Positions 18,603 through 27,675 of a stretch of DNA of 64,000 nt are shown here, one piece after another. Every line of letters starts with the position of its first letter. The stretch's first letter is position 1. The DNA lies in contig JBHLMP010000001.1 of NCBI GenBank assembly GCA_048938025.1, positions 74,366-138,365 of the forward strand, in the 5' to 3' direction. The position numbers and the translations under genes are program-made. Source of the stretch: Promethearchaeota archaeon. Its GTDB lineage: Archaea > Asgardarchaeota > Lokiarchaeia > Sigyniarchaeales > SOKP01. The notes below the pieces were generated by a model. It ran no database searches, was not told the origin of the DNA, and worked only from the letters and a program-made list of their open reading frames with translations.

Positions 18603-19547
18603 ATGGATGAATTTAAATGTGAAATTTTAATCATAGGTGCTGGTCCTGCAGGACTAAGTGCAGGAGTTTATTGTGCTCGAGTAAACAGAGATGTCATTAT
18701 TCTTGATGGGAAAGAGACATCTGCTTTAGCAAAAACGAAAGAGATACAAAATTGGCTAGGAGAAATAGATATAAAAGGTAAGAAACTATTAGAAAAATTT
18801 AGAGCTCATGCTGAGAGTTATTCTGAAAATTTAAGAATATTTAAAGGTGATGTAATCTCATTAATGCTTGGAATGGGGGTAAACATGATATCGACGCGAA
18901 CAGCTAATATTACTTCTGATGTTGTTATTATAGCAACAGGTAGAGGTAATCGAAAAGAAATTATCAAGGGAGAAGGTGCTCTACTTGGATATGGCCTTTC
19001 CTATAATGCATTAAGTGATGGTCCCTTATATAAAGATAAAGTTGTGTTTTTATATGGCTCAGATAAAGAAGTTTTTGAGGATGCTTTAGCTTTAGATCAA
19101 ATAGGATGCAAAATTCATATAATAACTAATGTAGGAATTGAGGATTTACCTGAAAAGGTTTATGAGGTCAAAGATAAGGGAATTGATGTAATAGAGAATA
19201 TGGAAATTGTTGAAGCAATACCCAATTCCGAAGGTATTATTCAAAAAATAATATGTAGATTTAATAAACCCGAATCAGAAGATTTTGAAGAAATAATAGA
19301 ATTTGAGTTAGATTGCCTATTTATCTTATCCCATATCACATCAAATTCCATATTTAAAAAAGCTGGTATAGAATTAGATGATATGGGAAATATTATAGTT
19401 GATGATGAACAACAAACAAATCTAAAGGGAGTATATGCTGCTGGTGATGTTACAGGTGGAATATTTCAAGTAATTTTTGCTGCAGCTGAAGGTGCACGAG
19501 CAGGAATAAATGCTTGTAAATATCTCCGACAATTAAAGAAAGATTAA
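18603..19547 (+). CDS. Thioredoxin reductase-like flavoprotein lacking the CxxC redox centre
   Basis: GAGPAG, IIATG and YAAGD FAD motifs present; SYNALSDG replaces SYCATCDG. Confidence 0.85.
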   Translation: MDEFKCEILIIGAGPAGLSAGVYCARVNRDVIILDGKETSALAKTKEIQNWLGEIDIKGKKLLEKFRAHAESYSENLRIFKGDVISLMLGMGVNMISTRTANITSDVVIIATGRGNRKEIIKGEGALLGYGLSYNALSDGPLYKDKVVFLYGSDKEVFEDALALDQIGCKIHIITNVGIEDLPEKVYEVKDKGIDVIENMEIVEAIPNSEGIIQKIICRFNKPESEDFEEIIEFELDCLFILSHITSNSIFKKAGIELDDMGNIIVDDEQQTNLKGVYAAGDVTGGIFQVIFAAAEGARAGINACKYLRQLKKD

Positions 19548-19628
19548 ATAATACAAAAGGAAAATTAAAAAATCTTATTAAGATTATATTTTGTATATTT
19601 CAAAGTTAATAGATCATGGAAATTAAAA

Positions 19629-20564
19629 TTGTCTGAAAATAATAGAGTAGATCTAGCTATCATTGGTGGTGGACCTGCTGGATTAACTGCGGCAATTTAT
19701 GGCGCGAGAATGGGTTTAAAGACTGTTCTCTATGAGGGAAAAGGTTTTGGAGGTTTAGCTGGAACTGCTCCCAAAATTGAAAATTATCCAGGATTTCAAA
19801 GTATCAATGGTCTTGAATTAACTGAAAAAATGAGAGAACAAGCTGAACATTGGGGAACTACTTTTTTCTTTAATGAAGTCTCTAAAATCAATCCAAAAGA
19901 AATGACTATAACTACTTATAAAGGAGAAACAAAAGCTAAAGCTATTATAATTGCTACTGGTTCAAAACACCAATCACTTGGATTATCTAATGAGTTTGAA
20001 TTAGTAGGTAATGGAATATCTTATTGTGCTACTTGTGATGGTCCATTATTTCGAGATCAAGTAGTTGCTACAGTTGGTGGTGGAAATGCCGCTGGTCTAG
20101 AAGTAATTTACCTTTCAGGGGTCGTAAAAGAAGTTTATCTTATTCATAGACGTCATTGCATGCGAGCAGAAGCCTGCATTGCAGATGAGGTTGAGTCATT
20201 AAATAATGTTAAACCAATGTATAATTGCACTATTGAAGAAGCTATAACTAAGGATAATAAATTGGAAGCGTTAAAAATCAAAAACCATGAAACTGGCGAA
20301 ATTTCTACTATAAGTGTAAATGCTCTCTTCATTGCTATAGGAGTTGAGCCACAGAGTGAATTAGCGAAAAAGGCCGGAATAGAACTTGATGACAATAATT
20401 TTATTAAAGTCAATAAAAATCAAGAAACCAATTTTTCTGGTATTTATGCAGCTGGAGATGTAACTGGGGGAATACGCCAAGTGTCCACAGCAGTTGGGGA
20501 AGCAACAACAGCAGCAATGAATGCGTATTTATTTATTAAAAAAGGATGGTATGGAGAGGGATAA
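19629..20564 (+). CDS. trxB: Thioredoxin-disulfide reductase
   Basis: GGGPAG, IENYPGF, SYCATCDG, VGGGNAA, IHRR and YAAGDV motifs. Confidence 0.93.
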   Translation: MSENNRVDLAIIGGGPAGLTAAIYGARMGLKTVLYEGKGFGGLAGTAPKIENYPGFQSINGLELTEKMREQAEHWGTTFFFNEVSKINPKEMTITTYKGETKAKAIIIATGSKHQSLGLSNEFELVGNGISYCATCDGPLFRDQVVATVGGGNAAGLEVIYLSGVVKEVYLIHRRHCMRAEACIADEVESLNNVKPMYNCTIEEAITKDNKLEALKIKNHETGEISTISVNALFIAIGVEPQSELAKKAGIELDDNNFIKVNKNQETNFSGIYAAGDVTGGIRQVSTAVGEATTAAMNAYLFIKKGWYGEG

Positions 20565-20727
20565 ATAACCTAATTACCTTCATAAAACGTATATCTTATC
20601 ATCGTTCTCTAAAACAATAACGCCACGAGGGAAATATGAACTTTTTTTAGATAAAAAATAGTTTTTCAAGATTCATAAAATCCCAACTCACCAATAGTTA
20701 AAGGAATTAAAAAAAAAGGATTTGGGT

Positions 20728-22167
20728 TTAATTTTTTATATCATACTTTTTTTTAATCACTAGGGCAATGCTAATACCTAAAGTAGCTACAATCAACCCT
20801 AAAATATAACCTGAAATTGCAGGAGAACCTGGTTTTTTGAGTCCCCCATCCATAATAGTCCAAGAAAATTGAGTAATAATAAACTCTCTTGCATCTGCTG
20901 CTGCGCTACTATATTTGGAATAACCTGCATGAAAGGTTACACCAGTTCGCAAGTTTAATTGTGACCAACCTAATAATAAATTATCATAATTAGACGTCGA
21001 TAATGCAATTGCATAGAACATGCCATCCATGTCTGTCACGCTTGAAACATTCCAATTACCGAGAGGTTGATTGAATGAAAAAGCATATCTGAACATATAA
21101 CCCATATCTGTCACGCTCGATACATCCCAATTATCGAGAGGTTGATTGAATGAAAGAGCATAGCTGAACATATAACCCATATCTGTCACGCTCGATACAT
21201 CCCAATTATCGAGAGGCTGGTTAAACGAAGGAGTCTCGTCGAACATGACACTCATGTCTGTCACACTCGACACATCCCAATTTTCAAGTGGTTGGTTAAA
21301 TGAAGAAGCAGCGCCGAACATGCCACGCATGTCTGTCACGCTTGATACGTTCCAATTGATAAGTGGTTGGTTAAATGAAGAAGCCCCGCCGAACATGAAA
21401 CGCATGTCTGTCACGCTCGATACATCCCAATTGTCAAGAGGCTGGTTAAACGAAGAAGCCCCGTCGAACATGTTATGCATGTTTGTCACGCTCGAAACGT
21501 CCCAGCTGTTCATATTGCCGCTAGTACCAAGATTTTTGCACTCCTCAAAAGCCCGGTATAAACTGGTCGTTCCCGTTAAATTTAAGCTGTCAATAGCTGT
21601 AATTTTTAAATTGCAGCAACCGTCGAAATAACCCCCTGAATTTCCTAATCGTAAACAACCCCATTGTTGGATTTCGAGTATCTTAAATCGATCTCCGCCT
21701 TCATTAAACTGCCAGCCTACGATGGTTCCTGTGATATTAATGGTATATACTCCTTCGGAAGCATAGGTATGGGTAACAGTAGCTTGATTCCAGATTGTGA
21801 TTGTATCAATGCTCTCGTCTCCCCAATTCACTATAAAATTATATATTCCGCTTGGTTGCAATGGCAATTGTATTTGATTGCTACCGCTTGAACCTGGTTT
21901 AGTTGTATTCCAAACTGAAATAAACGCGTTTGGATCTGATGCGACTGGATTTGTGCCACTTGAACCAAAGTTTGATTCTATCGTTTTGCAACATGAAGTA
22001 TAATCGTTCGAATCTGATGTAATAGGTGCTGAAAATTCCAATCTAATAGGTGTATGCTCTTGTCCGTAAATTTGGGACGTAAAGAATAAAATGTTTAGTA
22101 TTACCAAAGATATTACTACAAAAACTGCATTTAACTTTATTAATTTGTTTTTTATCAATCTAATCAC
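20728..22167 (-). CDS. BspA-like / DUF285 repeat surface protein with PKD-like region and C-terminal anchor
   Basis: Signal-like N-terminus, FISVWNT..VNWGD..HTY, tandem 25-aa repeats MFxxAxSFNQPLxNWxVSSVTDM, C-terminal transmembrane helix followed by KKK. Confidence 0.9.
   Translation of the reverse strand: MIRLIKNKLIKLNAVFVVISLVILNILFFTSQIYGQEHTPIRLEFSAPITSDSNDYTSCCKTIESNFGSSGTNPVASDPNAFISVWNTTKPGSSGSNQIQLPLQPSGIYNFIVNWGDESIDTITIWNQATVTHTYASEGVYTINITGTIVGWQFNEGGDRFKILEIQQWGCLRLGNSGGYFDGCCNLKITAIDSLNLTGTTSLYRAFEECKNLGTSGNMNSWDVSSVTNMHNMFDGASSFNQPLDNWDVSSVTDMRFMFGGASSFNQPLINWNVSSVTDMRGMFGAASSFNQPLENWDVSSVTDMSVMFDETPSFNQPLDNWDVSSVTDMGYMFSYALSFNQPLDNWDVSSVTDMGYMFRYAFSFNQPLGNWNVSSVTDMDGMFYAIALSTSNYDNLLLGWSQLNLRTGVTFHAGYSKYSSAAADAREFIITQFSWTIMDGGLKKPGSPAISGYILGLIVATLGISIALVIKKKYDIKN
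21013..21505 (-). repeat. 75-bp coding tandem repeat, about 6.5 units
   Basis: An anchor of the form CATRTYTGTCAC recurs at 21028, 21103, 21178, 21253, 21328, 21403 and 21478. Confidence 0.9.
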
Positions 22168-22192
22168 ACTGACTTATTAACATTTTTGTAGA

Positions 22193-22244
22193 TTTCGTAA
22201 GTTATGTTATATTTACCTATCAAAGATTTAAATGTTTCGTAAGT
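22193..22244. promoter_or_regulatory. Direct repeat TTTCGTAAGT x2 upstream of the BspA-like gene
   Basis: Copies at 22193-22202 and 22235-22244, 42 bp apart. Confidence 0.35.
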
Positions 22245-22389
22245 GATATTAGGGGTGGCTTTTTCAAGAATTTTTGCCACTGCAGAAGGTGTTTGGGCTG
22301 GGATTAATGCTTATACATATATCTGTCAATTAAAAAAAGATTAATTACTTCTTCTTGTAAACTTGTACATCAATTGTCAGATATCACCT

Positions 22390-22417
22390 AGATATTACTT
22401 TATATTATGTAATATCT
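22390..22417. promoter_or_regulatory. 28-bp dif-like palindrome or operator overlapping the xerA promoter
   Basis: AGATATTACTT-TATATT-ATGTAATATCT: 11-6-11 layout, arms complementary at 10 of 11 positions, 19 bp upstream of the xerA ATG. Confidence 0.5.
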
Positions 22418-22436
22418 CGATCATACTGTATCTATT

Positions 22437-23360
22437 ATGGTAGAGAGCAAGTTTTCAGATTTTATTGAAGACTTTTTAATTTCCAAGGAAGTAGAAGAAG
22501 GCTGTGCCTCCTCAACAATTAAAGCTTATAAATATGACCTTGATAAATTTGTCAGTCTTATAGGAGACCTTGAACTGAATTCTCCTATGCTTAGACAGAA
22601 AATAAGGTTATTTTTAAAAAAAATAAAAGATTTGGGATATACTAAAAAGGGAATCGGGAGAAAAATAGCATCATTACGATCATATTTTAAATTTTTAACT
22701 CTAAATGAATTTATAGATAAAAATCCTATGAGTACGATAAAGTCTCCAAAAATAAAACTTGAGGAAAATTTACCAAAATTTCTTAATGTTAATGATATTA
22801 AACTAATATTTATAAAATTAAAAGATAGACAAATATTTAATTCTAAAAAAAGCCAACGATATTATTTAATGATAAGATTACTCTATTCTACAATGTCCAG
22901 AGTTAGTGAGTTATGTAATATTAAGATAAATGATGTAGATTTTAATAAAGGGTATATTAAATTAAGAGGTAAAGGAAACAAAGAGAGAATAGTCCCTGTG
23001 GATCAAAAAACTTTAAATCTGTTTAAGGAGTATCTTAGCAATAGAATTTCCTATAGTTCTGAAGATTATTTATTAGTAAATACTAGAAACCAAAAATTAA
23101 ATCCTCGAGTAGTTCAAGTAGATATTAAAACTATTAAAGAAAAATGTGGCTTTGCTGAATCTAAAATAATCACTCCTCATATATTTAGACATACAGGTGC
23201 AACCCATCTTAGACGTTCAGGAATGGATATCAGCGAACTACAAGATATTCTAGGACATTCGAATCCAAATACTACAAGAATTTATGCTAAAAATGATATT
23301 ACTAAATTAAAAGAATCTTACTCTCAGATGCATCCGCTAAACAATTTAGATAAATTATAG
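22437..23360 (+). CDS. xerA: XerC/D-like tyrosine recombinase (archaeal XerA)
   Basis: Core-binding N-domain (STIKAYKYDL, RKIASLRSYFKF); catalytic R (SRVSEL), K (GKGNKER), HxxR (PHIFRH), LGH and Y (TTRIY). Confidence 0.88.
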   Translation: MVESKFSDFIEDFLISKEVEEGCASSTIKAYKYDLDKFVSLIGDLELNSPMLRQKIRLFLKKIKDLGYTKKGIGRKIASLRSYFKFLTLNEFIDKNPMSTIKSPKIKLEENLPKFLNVNDIKLIFIKLKDRQIFNSKKSQRYYLMIRLLYSTMSRVSELCNIKINDVDFNKGYIKLRGKGNKERIVPVDQKTLNLFKEYLSNRISYSSEDYLLVNTRNQKLNPRVVQVDIKTIKEKCGFAESKIITPHIFRHTGATHLRRSGMDISELQDILGHSNPNTTRIYAKNDITKLKESYSQMHPLNNLDKL

Positions 23361-23495
23361 ATGAACATCTCCTTTTTTAATTAATAAGTTTTTTATAGGT
23401 AAAATATAATTTAACAAGTATAAGAAAATTTATACTTCAATTGTTCTTTTATAATTTATACATTAAAAATAAATTGGGAGTCTTCTCGAATTACT

Positions 23496-24689
23496 ATGGA
23501 CGAGGATGAGTTCAGGAATCAATTTAGCAAAAGATCTGTTTTTAAAAAGGCGCATTCTCTAGATCAAAGCTACGTGCCAGAAAAATTATATTGCCGGGAT
23601 GAGGCTATTAAAACTTTAATCTACAATTTTAGGAGGATTGTAGAAGAAAGTGATCAACCTTCAATTAATTTCTTATTAACTGGAAAAGGAGGCGTAGGTA
23701 AGACAGTAACTGCGAAATATTTTGGAAGAAATTTTAGGACTATTGCATTAGAACGAGATGTTAATTTATTTATTGAATATTATAATTGTATTAATTTCAA
23801 TTCAAAAAGTAAAATAGTCAGGGAATTATTAGCTAAGTATACCCATGGTTCAGGACGTGGATTCTCAGACGATGAAGGGCTAAAACTGATACTTTCTCAA
23901 CTAATCAGAGAAAGAAGTTATATGCTTCTTATAATTGACGAAATATTTCGATTGAAACCTGATGAAATATTAGCTCTTCTTGACATTGCCGAAACTTTTG
24001 GACATCAAAATGCGAAATTATCATTAATAATAATTTCAAGAACTCATGATTGGATGACCGTTGAAAATGAAAGAATTTTAAGCAGATTAAATCAAAAAAT
24101 TGAACTCAAACCCTATAACTATGATGAAGCTAAGCAGATATTAGATTATAGAAGCGAGCTTGCTTTAAAAGAAAATGTAATAGATGATGATCTTCTAGAA
24201 ATGATTGCTGAAATAGTAGCAGAACATGAAAATATGCGTCATGGGATTGAAATTTTAAGGAAAAGTGGATTATATTGTGATAAAGAGGGCTTAACACGTT
24301 TTACTTCCGAGATAATAAGAGAAGCATCCAATGAAGTATATCCTACCTTTAGGGGGGATGTTATTGATCTTTTAAAAGATCAAGAGCACTTAGCATTATA
24401 CGGGATAGTAAGATCATTAATGAATACTGATGAATCATACACTTTAGTTGATGATGCTTATGAGGAATATCAAGTAATATGTGAAAATTATTCTATTGAA
24501 CCCCATGTTAAAATGAGTTTTAGAAAATATGTTCGCCATCTTGACGAACTTAAAATCATTTCTTCTAAAACTGTGAGGATAGAAGAAGCTCAGAGAGGTA
24601 GACATAAAGAAATCAAGTTATTGGACATCCCAGCCGTAAAATTAGCTGAATTATTGGAAGGTCTTTTTGAGAGAAAGTTTATGAATTAA
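23496..24689 (+). CDS. cdc6: Orc1/Cdc6 family replication initiation ATPase
   Basis: LDQSYVPEKLYCR, Walker A GKGGVGKT, Walker B IIDE, ILSRL, C-terminal winged helix ending in RGR. Confidence 0.9.
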   Translation: MDEDEFRNQFSKRSVFKKAHSLDQSYVPEKLYCRDEAIKTLIYNFRRIVEESDQPSINFLLTGKGGVGKTVTAKYFGRNFRTIALERDVNLFIEYYNCINFNSKSKIVRELLAKYTHGSGRGFSDDEGLKLILSQLIRERSYMLLIIDEIFRLKPDEILALLDIAETFGHQNAKLSLIIISRTHDWMTVENERILSRLNQKIELKPYNYDEAKQILDYRSELALKENVIDDDLLEMIAEIVAEHENMRHGIEILRKSGLYCDKEGLTRFTSEIIREASNEVYPTFRGDVIDLLKDQEHLALYGIVRSLMNTDESYTLVDDAYEEYQVICENYSIEPHVKMSFRKYVRHLDELKIISSKTVRIEEAQRGRHKEIKLLDIPAVKLAELLEGLFERKFMN

Positions 24690-24794
24690 AACTATACTAG
24701 TTATAGATTTTATATTAGGTTATATTTTTATTAATAATTTTTATTTGAAATTAACTTAAATATTTTTGTGGATTAAATCTTATTATTGTTCTTA

Positions 24795-25025
24795 TTAAAA
24801 ACCTTCTTTCTCAGATTTGGATTTACTATACCATTCCAACCATTCTTTACGACGATTTTTTCTACGTTCTGATTCATCGACTTCTGTTAAATTTTCACTC
24901 CTTATTTTCTTCCAATAATTCTCTAATTCAAATCGAGATAAGGATAATCCACATGATTGACAGACCATTGCTTTCGTATTGGGGATATATTTCATCTTAC
25001 CCCCACATTCTGGGCATCTTGATAT
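24795..25025 (-). CDS. Small C4 zinc-ribbon protein
   Basis: SRCPECGGKMKY..VCQSCG. The first CxxC lies upstream of the track ATG (24995), so the start is inferred at ATA 25025 behind SD AGGTGG. Confidence 0.75.
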   Translation of the reverse strand: MSRCPECGGKMKYIPNTKAMVCQSCGLSLSRFELENYWKKIRSENLTEVDESERRKNRRKEWLEWYSKSKSEKEGF

Positions 25026-25243
25026 ATTTATCCACCTTTTGGGTTAATATTTTTCTCGCTCGAGGGTATATTCGACTTTTCAAATTATTTATTTTTTAAA
25101 ATTATAACTACTTTTAATCTATTAATTAAATAAATTTATGAAAGTTAAAATAATTAATGTATGGAATATAATACCTAACTTTATTTTCAATACAATATTT
25201 AGAAAACAATAATAACTGTAGTCAATTGATATAGTGGAAGTTA

Positions 25244-26476
25244 TTGAAGCCAAATGTTTATTATTTTTCAGCACGATCACAAAGCCATGAAGAAAGTATG
25301 AGCAAAGTTAAAGGACCTTTAGCTTTAGAGAAACTCGGAATCAAGGAAAAGATAAAAGAAGGAGATAATATTGTTATTAAAACTCATTTCGGAGCACTTG
25401 AAAACACCCGATATCTTCGTCCTAGTTACATCAGGTTTTTAAGTGATTATATAAAAAAATTGGGAGGAATTCCTGCTGTGGCAGAATCATGTGGATGGGG
25501 ATTGCCCGAAAGTATCTCAGGAGTTCATACTGAATATAGTGGTCGTGCAAATGAGAAAGAATATCTAAATGTAGCCTTACAACATGGATTTGCTAAAGAA
25601 ACCATGGGAGCTCCAATTTTAATGCTCGATGGTCCTATGGGAATAGATTATGAAATTCAAAAGATTAAGGGGAAAATACTTGAGGAAATATTCGTAGCAG
25701 GACGTTTGAGAGAATTTGATTATATGGTTATGGCTACTCACTTTAAAGGACATCCTAATGCTAGCTTTGGAGGGGCTCTTAAGAATCTGGGTATCGGCTG
25801 TGTCTGCAAGGGTCAAAAAATCAGAGCTCATCTTGGTACAACTTTTGATTACGATTTAAGTAAATGTGCCAAAGATTGTGATAAATGTATAAAAGTTTGC
25901 CCTACGGGTGCTTTAAGTAAAGGACTAGATAAAATTCTTAAGAAGGATTGGGATAAGTGTCGTTATTGTTATATGTGTAGGTCGATATGTGATAAAGGGG
26001 TGATTAGCGCTGGATCATCTACAAGAGAGGATTTTATTTCTAGATTTATTGATAATGCTAAGGGAGTAGTGGATTATTTTGGAAAAGATAAAATCTTCTA
26101 TCTTAATTATGCTATAGACATAACATATCAGTGTGATTGTTCAGGAGGCTCAGATGTCCCATTTGTTCCAGATATAGGGATTTTAGCTTCTTTAGATCCT
26201 GTTGCTATAGATCAAGCCACGATAGATTTAATTCATAAATCATCAATTAGTCCTCAATCAATTCTTTCTAATGTTAAAAATATTCCAACGCAAGGTCCTT
26301 TTGAATGGTTTTCATATCTCCCTCGTTTTGACCCAGAGTCAGGTGAGTTTGATTTGAATCAAGATGGAAAGGAATCAAAACATTGGGAGTTGCAACTGAA
26401 ATTAGCTGAGGAAATTGGTTTGGGTAATAGAAATTACAATTTAATTAAAGTTAATATAGAAAAAAAAAAAAATTAA
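25244..26476 (+). CDS. DUF362 domain protein with ferredoxin insertion
   Basis: IKTHFG, HFKGH..FGGALKNLGIGC, two 4Fe-4S motifs, CDC and DIGILASLDPVAIDQA. Confidence 0.88.
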   Translation: MKPNVYYFSARSQSHEESMSKVKGPLALEKLGIKEKIKEGDNIVIKTHFGALENTRYLRPSYIRFLSDYIKKLGGIPAVAESCGWGLPESISGVHTEYSGRANEKEYLNVALQHGFAKETMGAPILMLDGPMGIDYEIQKIKGKILEEIFVAGRLREFDYMVMATHFKGHPNASFGGALKNLGIGCVCKGQKIRAHLGTTFDYDLSKCAKDCDKCIKVCPTGALSKGLDKILKKDWDKCRYCYMCRSICDKGVISAGSSTREDFISRFIDNAKGVVDYFGKDKIFYLNYAIDITYQCDCSGGSDVPFVPDIGILASLDPVAIDQATIDLIHKSSISPQSILSNVKNIPTQGPFEWFSYLPRFDPESGEFDLNQDGKESKHWELQLKLAEEIGLGNRNYNLIKVNIEKKKN

Positions 26477-26477
26477 T

Positions 26478-26945
26478 TTAAAGAAAAGTATTCCAAGTGG
26501 ATATGGCATCTTCTTTTCCAACTTTAAACTTCTTTTCAAGTTTTTCAAAGTTAAGATGAGGTGGCATTCCATCATCCCAAATAGCATTAATGTCTTTGGC
26601 AATTGCTCTTACATGCTCTTCGTTATTAGTATAAATATCGCATTTGACAACTTGTTTATCTGCATTATACATAGTAAACCGTGATTTAGCAAACAATCTA
26701 CTAGTTACTTCGGCGTAGGTATTTATTCCAGGTGCTAGATATTGATATTCAACAGTTCTACCAGATGTATTACCCATTTTGGTTGAAGGATCAATATTAG
26801 TAATCCAATTTTCTACTACATATGCAATATCTGGTTTTACTTTTGAGAATTGCGCTTTAACTTTTTTTGGTTGGCAATAAAATGTATATTTTGGGAGATC
26901 CGTTAACCCTATTTGCATAGCTTCTTTTCTAACTCCTTTTCCCAT
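26478..26945 (-). CDS. Hypothetical protein, paralog A
   Basis: ATG at 26945 behind SD GGGTGA; colinear with the neighbour (LPKYTFY, DIYTNNEEHVRAI, WDDG). Confidence 0.75.
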   Translation of the reverse strand: MGKGVRKEAMQIGLTDLPKYTFYCQPKKVKAQFSKVKPDIAYVVENWITNIDPSTKMGNTSGRTVEYQYLAPGINTYAEVTSRLFAKSRFTMYNADKQVVKCDIYTNNEEHVRAIAKDINAIWDDGMPPHLNFEKLEKKFKVGKEDAISTWNTFL

Positions 26946-27075
26946 AATTTTCACCCATTTCATTTACTTTATAATTGGTGAATTATAATAAGTTATATAA
27001 ATATTTAAAATCTCTTTTTAAAAGAGCTTAAAGAAGAAACTTAATCAAAGTCAATATAAAAAAAAAAAGAATATC

Positions 27076-27537
27076 TTAAAGAAAAATATTCCACTGGTTA
27101 AGAACTTCCTCTTTACCAACTTGGAATTTCTTTTCGATTTTGTTAAAATCAATATGAGGTACTATTCCATCATCCCATAGAGAATTATAACCTTGGACAA
27201 TTGCTCTTACATGCTCTTCGTTATTAGTATAAATATCGATTTGAGACACATAATTATCCGGATTAAACGCGGTCACTCCTGCCATCTTATTATATACAAC
27301 AACATATATACCTAATTGAGTTGACATATAAAAAAACTTAGAGCTTCTTGCTTTTGCAGATTCCTCTACAGTGCAAGAAGGATCCACACTCTTCATCCAA
27401 TCTTCTACTACATATGCAGTATCTGGTTTATATTTTGAAAACTTCATTTTAATTGTTTTTGGGCGTCCATAAAATGTATATTTCGGAAGATTAGTTAATC
27501 CTAATTCCAAAGCCTTTTTTTCAGTTTTTTTGCCCAT
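27076..27537 (-). CDS. Hypothetical protein, paralog B
   Basis: ATG at 27537 behind SD GGGTGA; same conserved blocks as paralog A. Confidence 0.75.
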   Translation of the reverse strand: MGKKTEKKALELGLTNLPKYTFYGRPKTIKMKFSKYKPDTAYVVEDWMKSVDPSCTVEESAKARSSKFFYMSTQLGIYVVVYNKMAGVTAFNPDNYVSQIDIYTNNEEHVRAIVQGYNSLWDDGIVPHIDFNKIEKKFQVGKEEVLNQWNIFL

Positions 27538-27675
27538 AGTTTTCACCCTTTTAATTTATTTTTTAGTTAATTGGTGATTAATAATAACTTATATAAACAA
27601 TTAAATCTCTTTAAATAGATTTTTCTAAAAAATTCAAGATAATAAAAAAGATAAAAAAAGATTTCTTTTAATTAA

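Noticed and set aside
21013-21505. Regular 75-bp repeats as a CRISPR array or DGR template/variable repeat
   Set aside because: They are in-frame coding repeats with no unique spacers, and there is no cas or reverse transcriptase gene in the window.
20662-22269. TTTTTCAAGA direct repeats flanking the BspA-like gene as att sites or target-site duplication
   Set aside because: A 10-bp AT-rich word that also occurs elsewhere in the window (near 45878), so chance is likely.
22437-23360. Integrase of a provirus or integrated element
   Set aside because: The sequence is XerC/D-like, most neighbours are housekeeping genes, and there are no viral or conjugation genes and no att-bearing tRNA duplicate.
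23361-24794. Replication origin with ORB repeats around cdc6
   Set aside because: The flanks are short and AT-rich and I find no repeated ORB or G-string motif.
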